NCBI GenBank assembly: GCA_035309745.1
Contig: DATGEW010000007.1
Span: 1 to 39,630, forward strand
Length of the DNA stretch: 39,630 bases
DNA from: Candidatus Saccharimonadales bacterium
GTDB lineage: Bacteria; Patescibacteriota; Saccharimonadia; Saccharimonadales; UBA4665
Direction of reading: 5' to 3'
The first letter of the stretch is position 1; each line of letters begins with the position of its first letter. Made by a program: the position numbers and the translations under genes. This document shows positions 36,306 to 39,630 of the stretch, in pieces. Below the pieces are notes generated by a model, which worked only from the letters and a program-made list of their open reading frames with translations, was not told the origin of the DNA and did not search any database.

Positions 36306-36968
36306 TTAGAATCGGCGCATTTCGTTAACTGGCAGGACACGAATGATAAGTTTGCCGACAATGTGGTCTGCCGGCACCGGGCCAAACATCCGTGAGTCGA
36401 GAGAATCGGGGCGGTTATCGCCCATTACAAATACGTGATCTTTCGGCACGGTAAGGTCGATATTGCCCGCGGTGTCGTGGCCAAGTCGCTGATAGGGCAG
36501 GGTGAAATCCGGATTGAACCCTTGCGGATGCCCGGTGTTATAAATAGTCACGACATTGTTGGCAACCACCACGCGCTCGCCGGGCAGGCCGATGACGCGT
36601 TTAATAAGCTGTTTGTTGGGGTCCTGGCCGAACTGCGCGAGGTTTGGATCGGTAAACACGATAATGTCGCCGCGCTTCGGTATGTACGCATGCTTGGTGA
36701 GCCGCGCCCAGGTACGCGGCGCTTTCCAAACAATGAGCCGGTCGTTGTTAAACAGCGTGCTTTGCATGCTTGGCCCGTCCACTTGGTACGACTGAAAGAC
36801 GAAAGCCGTCAGCAATATGGCGAAAATCGGGGCGAGCAGCAATACGGCGATAGTCGAGGCTACATTTTTGGCGCCTTCACGCCGGGAGGGCTTGGTTTGG
36901 ACGCGCTCCGGCCGTGGTGTGCCGGCCTGCTGTGGGATATCCCCTGGATTTTCGAGTTGCTCGGTCAT
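36306..36968 (-). CDS. lepB: Signal peptidase I
   Basis: Single TM, GPSMQSTL (catalytic Ser), LIKRVIGLPG (Lys) and MGDNRPDSLDSR. Start reassigned to ATG 36968, with TATACT 11 nt upstream. Confidence 0.95.
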   Translation of the reverse strand: MTEQLENPGDIPQQAGTPRPERVQTKPSRREGAKNVASTIAVLLLAPIFAILLTAFVFQSYQVDGPSMQSTLFNNDRLIVWKAPRTWARLTKHAYIPKRGDIIVFTDPNLAQFGQDPNKQLIKRVIGLPGERVVVANNVVTIYNTGHPQGFNPDFTLPYQRLGHDTAGNIDLTVPKDHVFVMGDNRPDSLDSRMFGPVPADHIVGKLIIRVLPVNEMRRF

Positions 36969-37087
36969 TACAATGCTCAAGTATAGCGTACCAAAGCTGA
37001 ATATGCACGGCAAAAACAGTGCTTTTTGCCGCCACCTGCCTTGTCGCGGTATAATCGTAAGCAGTAACAAATGTAAGGCACTCGTCC

Positions 37088-37927
37088 ATGTTGCTTGTCC
37101 GCACCGGAATTGGCAAAAGATTAAAGATCATGGCGCTGGGGGTGACATTCCTCATGCTGGTATTAGGGGTGTCTTCGCTCAGTGCACAGGGGGCATCGTC
37201 TATCGCGCAGGGTTTTCAAACCAAAGACCCGAACGTGGTCCCCGGTGCCATCGTAAGCCTCACTGCCGGCACGCCGAACACCGTGGAGCTGAGTACCTCA
37301 GACAAACTGGAGCAGCTGCTCGGTATCGCCGGCAATAAATCACTCATCGAGCTCAATAGCGGTGCGGGAAGTGTGCAGGTAGTCACCAGCGGCAATACGA
37401 CTGCGCTGGTAAGCGATATTAACGGATCGGTAAAGATCGGTGACCACATAACCGCTTCGCCGCTTGCCGGCATTGGTATGAAGGCGACAACGAGCACGCT
37501 GGTAATTGGCACGGCGCAAGCCGACCTGTCCAGCGAAACAACCACCACCCGCACGGTTACCGATATTCACGGCAAACAAACGACAATTCACATTGGCGCT
37601 GTTCCGGTGCAGGTGGACAAAGTATTTTACCAAGCGCCGGATCAGCAGCCGACATTTCTGCCGTCGAGCATCCAAAATTTTGCCAGCAACCTGGTGGGGC
37701 ATGAAGTGTCGCCGATGCGGGTGCTGATCGCCGGTATCTTGGTGGTGTTGCTGTTCGTGGTGGTAGCAGTGGTGCTGTACTCCACCATACGGTCAAGCAT
37801 CATTTCTATCGGGCGTAATCCGCTCTCGGAGAATGCGGTGCATCGCAGCTTGCTTGAGGTTGGGGTTACCGTGCTCGGTGTCCTGGTGTTTACGGTAGTG
37901 GTAGTATACCTGGTGCTCGAACTGTAG
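37088..37927 (+). CDS. Exported/membrane protein with tail-fibre-chaperone-like beta domain and C-terminal TM hairpin with GRNP loop
   Basis: N-terminal hydrophobic signal (start may be ATG 37130); V.VV.SG....VSDING..K.GD.IT.S..AG.GMKA...IGTA domain; two TM helices flanking ISIGRNP. Promoter TTGCCG-18-TATAAT at 37026-37055. Confidence 0.7.
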   Translation: MLLVRTGIGKRLKIMALGVTFLMLVLGVSSLSAQGASSIAQGFQTKDPNVVPGAIVSLTAGTPNTVELSTSDKLEQLLGIAGNKSLIELNSGAGSVQVVTSGNTTALVSDINGSVKIGDHITASPLAGIGMKATTSTLVIGTAQADLSSETTTTRTVTDIHGKQTTIHIGAVPVQVDKVFYQAPDQQPTFLPSSIQNFASNLVGHEVSPMRVLIAGILVVLLFVVVAVVLYSTIRSSIISIGRNPLSENAVHRSLLEVGVTVLGVLVFTVVVVYLVLEL

Positions 37928-37928
37928 T

Positions 37929-37937
37929 TTATCCACA
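37929..37937 (+). promoter_or_regulatory. Single perfect DnaA box
   Basis: TTATCCACA in an AT-rich intergenic region. Confidence 0.4.
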
Positions 37938-38046
37938 CCTTTTGTAGTAATTTAGTCTTCAAAAATGCTTGCCGTGATAGACATAAGCGGCGTAAGATAG
38001 TAACAGGGAGTATATCTCTGTTAAGCAGAGATCAAACAAAAACATC

Positions 38047-39630
38047 GTGGACAACGAAAATCAAAGTACCAATGATGTTGGTTACGTGAGCGGTGGTGAT
38101 ACATCAGGGCCGGCGCTATACGACATGGGCATCGTGCACCAGTCTACGTCGGAAACGGACTCGTTGTCTCTGGAACCTACCCCTTTGCAGGGCGCGCCAC
38201 CCGGCGATATGCCAGCTGCTTCCGTACGAACCGGAAGCCCCATTCTCCGCATGCTTAAGCGGGCCGACCTTGCGTTGGTCCTATTGCTCGTTTTAGGCGC
38301 GGTTGGGCTGATTATCGGCACCTCTATTCGTAAGTCGCATAACAACAACGCGGTGGTGAATAACGCGGCGAATCAGTATAAGTCGCAGAGCATTCCCTTA
38401 AGCGGTTTTATCGCAAACGAGCAAGGGGTTACGTTTGGCAGCAGCAGTGTGCTCATTAACGGATCGTTGAAATTAAACAACGGCGTTGTGATTACACCTT
38501 CTGTACAGCCAAGCACACCCAGCACCGGCCAGCTGTATTTTGACCAGAATACCAACCAGCTTGCGTACTACAACGGTACGGCCTTTGTGCCGTTAGTAGC
38601 CAACAATCAGGTAGTGCAGAGCGTCGGCGGGGTGACTGGCCAGATTACACTTGGCGGCGGGCTGAGTGTGGTGGGCAATCAGCTTATTGCCGCAACGGGA
38701 GTAACGTCGGTAGGCGGGCAGAGCGGCGCCATAACGGTGGGTAACGGCCTGGCGATTACTGCTAACACGCTTCAAAACAGCGGTGTACTGAGCCTGGTGA
38801 GCGGTAGCCCCGGCAACCTGGCCGTGACCAACGACGGCAAGGGCAATTATACGGTTAGCAGTTTTGGCGCCGGTACCGGCACCGTGACCAGTGGCGGTGG
38901 CACCGTAGGGCATATTGCGTTATTTACCGGGTCGCAAAATATCGAAGATTCGGTACTCACACAGAGCGGTACTGCCATCTCGTTGGGTGGAGATTTGGCG
39001 GTGGCCGGCGGACTGACGCTCGGCAACGCCCTAACAGTGAGCAATGGCGGCACGGGCGCCATATCGTTGGCGGCGAATGGGGTGGTGATTGCCAATGGCA
39101 CGGCGGCGCTGAGCTCGGTTACGGCAGGTTCTCCTGGTTTGTGTCTGCTATCGACCGCCGGGGCGCCGACTTTTGGGGCTTGCCCTGGTAATGGTGGAGT
39201 CACGACCCTCAACGGACTTTCGGGCGCCCTAAACATTGCGAATGCCAGCGGCGCAGGTTCGACCATTACCATCGACAACGCGAGCACCATCGCAAAGGGT
39301 ATCGCTAGCTTTAACGCCACCAACTTTACCGTTTCCAGTGGCGCGGTCAACACCATTCAAGATATCGCCACCAACGCTACGCCAACGTTCGGACGTCTGA
39401 CACTCAGTGCGAACGATGCCGTGAACCCCATGCTGGTGGTGAACAATTTGAACGCCGGCGCAAGCGGCAATCTGTTGGACCTACAACTTAACGGAACGAG
39501 TAAATTTAGTGTTCAACCAGGCGGCAACATTAGTGCCGTGGGTACATTTAACGGGCAGACGATATCTAACACCGCCAACTTTACCGGGACGTTGGGAGTG
39601 GCAAGCAATACAACCATTGGCGGCAATCTG
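38047..39630 (+). CDS. Membrane-anchored tail-fibre-like surface protein (3' truncated by window; absent from ORF track)
   Basis: GTG at 38047 opens a frame-1 ORF with no stop to the window end: MDNENQ...TM LALVLLLVLGAVGLIIG...GQLYFDQNTNQLAYYNGTAF, VQSVGGVTGQITL, VTSVGGQSGAITV, VTTLNGLSGALNI, LTVSNGGTGA and KGIASF motifs. Confidence 0.8.
   Translation, partial: MDNENQSTNDVGYVSGGDTSGPALYDMGIVHQSTSETDSLSLEPTPLQGAPPGDMPAASVRTGSPILRMLKRADLALVLLLVLGAVGLIIGTSIRKSHNNNAVVNNAANQYKSQSIPLSGFIANEQGVTFGSSSVLINGSLKLNNGVVITPSVQPSTPSTGQLYFDQNTNQLAYYNGTAFVPLVANNQVVQSVGGVTGQITLGGGLSVVGNQLIAATGVTSVGGQSGAITVGNGLAITANTLQNSGVLSLVSGSPGNLAVTNDGKGNYTVSSFGAGTGTVTSGGGTVGHIALFTGSQNIEDSVLTQSGTAISLGGDLAVAGGLTLGNALTVSNGGTGAISLAANGVVIANGTAALSSVTAGSPGLCLLSTAGAPTFGACPGNGGVTTLNGLSGALNIANASGAGSTITIDNASTIAKGIASFNATNFTVSSGAVNTIQDIATNATPTFGRLTLSANDAVNPMLVVNNLNAGASGNLLDLQLNGTSKFSVQPGGNISAVGTFNGQTISNTANFTGTLGVASNTTIGGNL

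Noticed and set aside
36969-37070. N-terminal extensions given by the ORF track for lepB (also parA 34580, rplU 16085, orphan 9229)
   Set aside because: The extensions run through promoter-like sequence; downstream ATGs fit the -10/SD positions and family starts better.
37929-38046. oriC
   Set aside because: Only one DnaA box, a short spacer, and no dnaA/dnaN in the window.
16748-39630. Prophage or tailocin interpretation of the tail-fibre-like genes
   Set aside because: No capsid, portal, terminase, sheath, baseplate, integrase or lysis genes. The proteins have signal peptides or TM anchors and are interleaved with core genes.

Overview
Bacterial chromosomal window, probably from Saccharibacteria/Patescibacteria (CPR). 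This is inferred from the streamlined housekeeping genes, a DUF5663-like protein and CPR-style giant surface proteins, and was not verified by search. Bases 1-16.4 kb are core genes: rpsA (partial), infB, DUF5663-like, fmt-def-priA (minus strand), a wHTH regulator, rpsU, yqeY, adk, map, an AT-rich orphan, ftsA, ftsZ, nrdR-nrdJ with three NrdR boxes, a Cys-less thioredoxin-like protein and rplU. Bases 16.7-33.7 kb hold three exported proteins: a 3133-aa Gly/Thr/Ser/Asn fibre built from tail-fibre-like parts with plug-in domains, a 1791-aa protein with 18 Kelch-like blades, and an RCC1-repeat protein. Then come a membrane protein, parA-parB and lepB. Divergent from lepB is a membrane protein combining a tail-fibre-chaperone-like domain with an ATP-synthase-c-like GRNP hairpin, followed by a second membrane-anchored fibre that runs off the window and is absent from the ORF track. 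The best candidate for an undescribed system is this modular, phage-fibre-like surface (host-attachment?) apparatus. No rRNA, tRNA, CRISPR array, transposase, integrase or reverse transcriptase was seen. All family calls are by eye from motifs.
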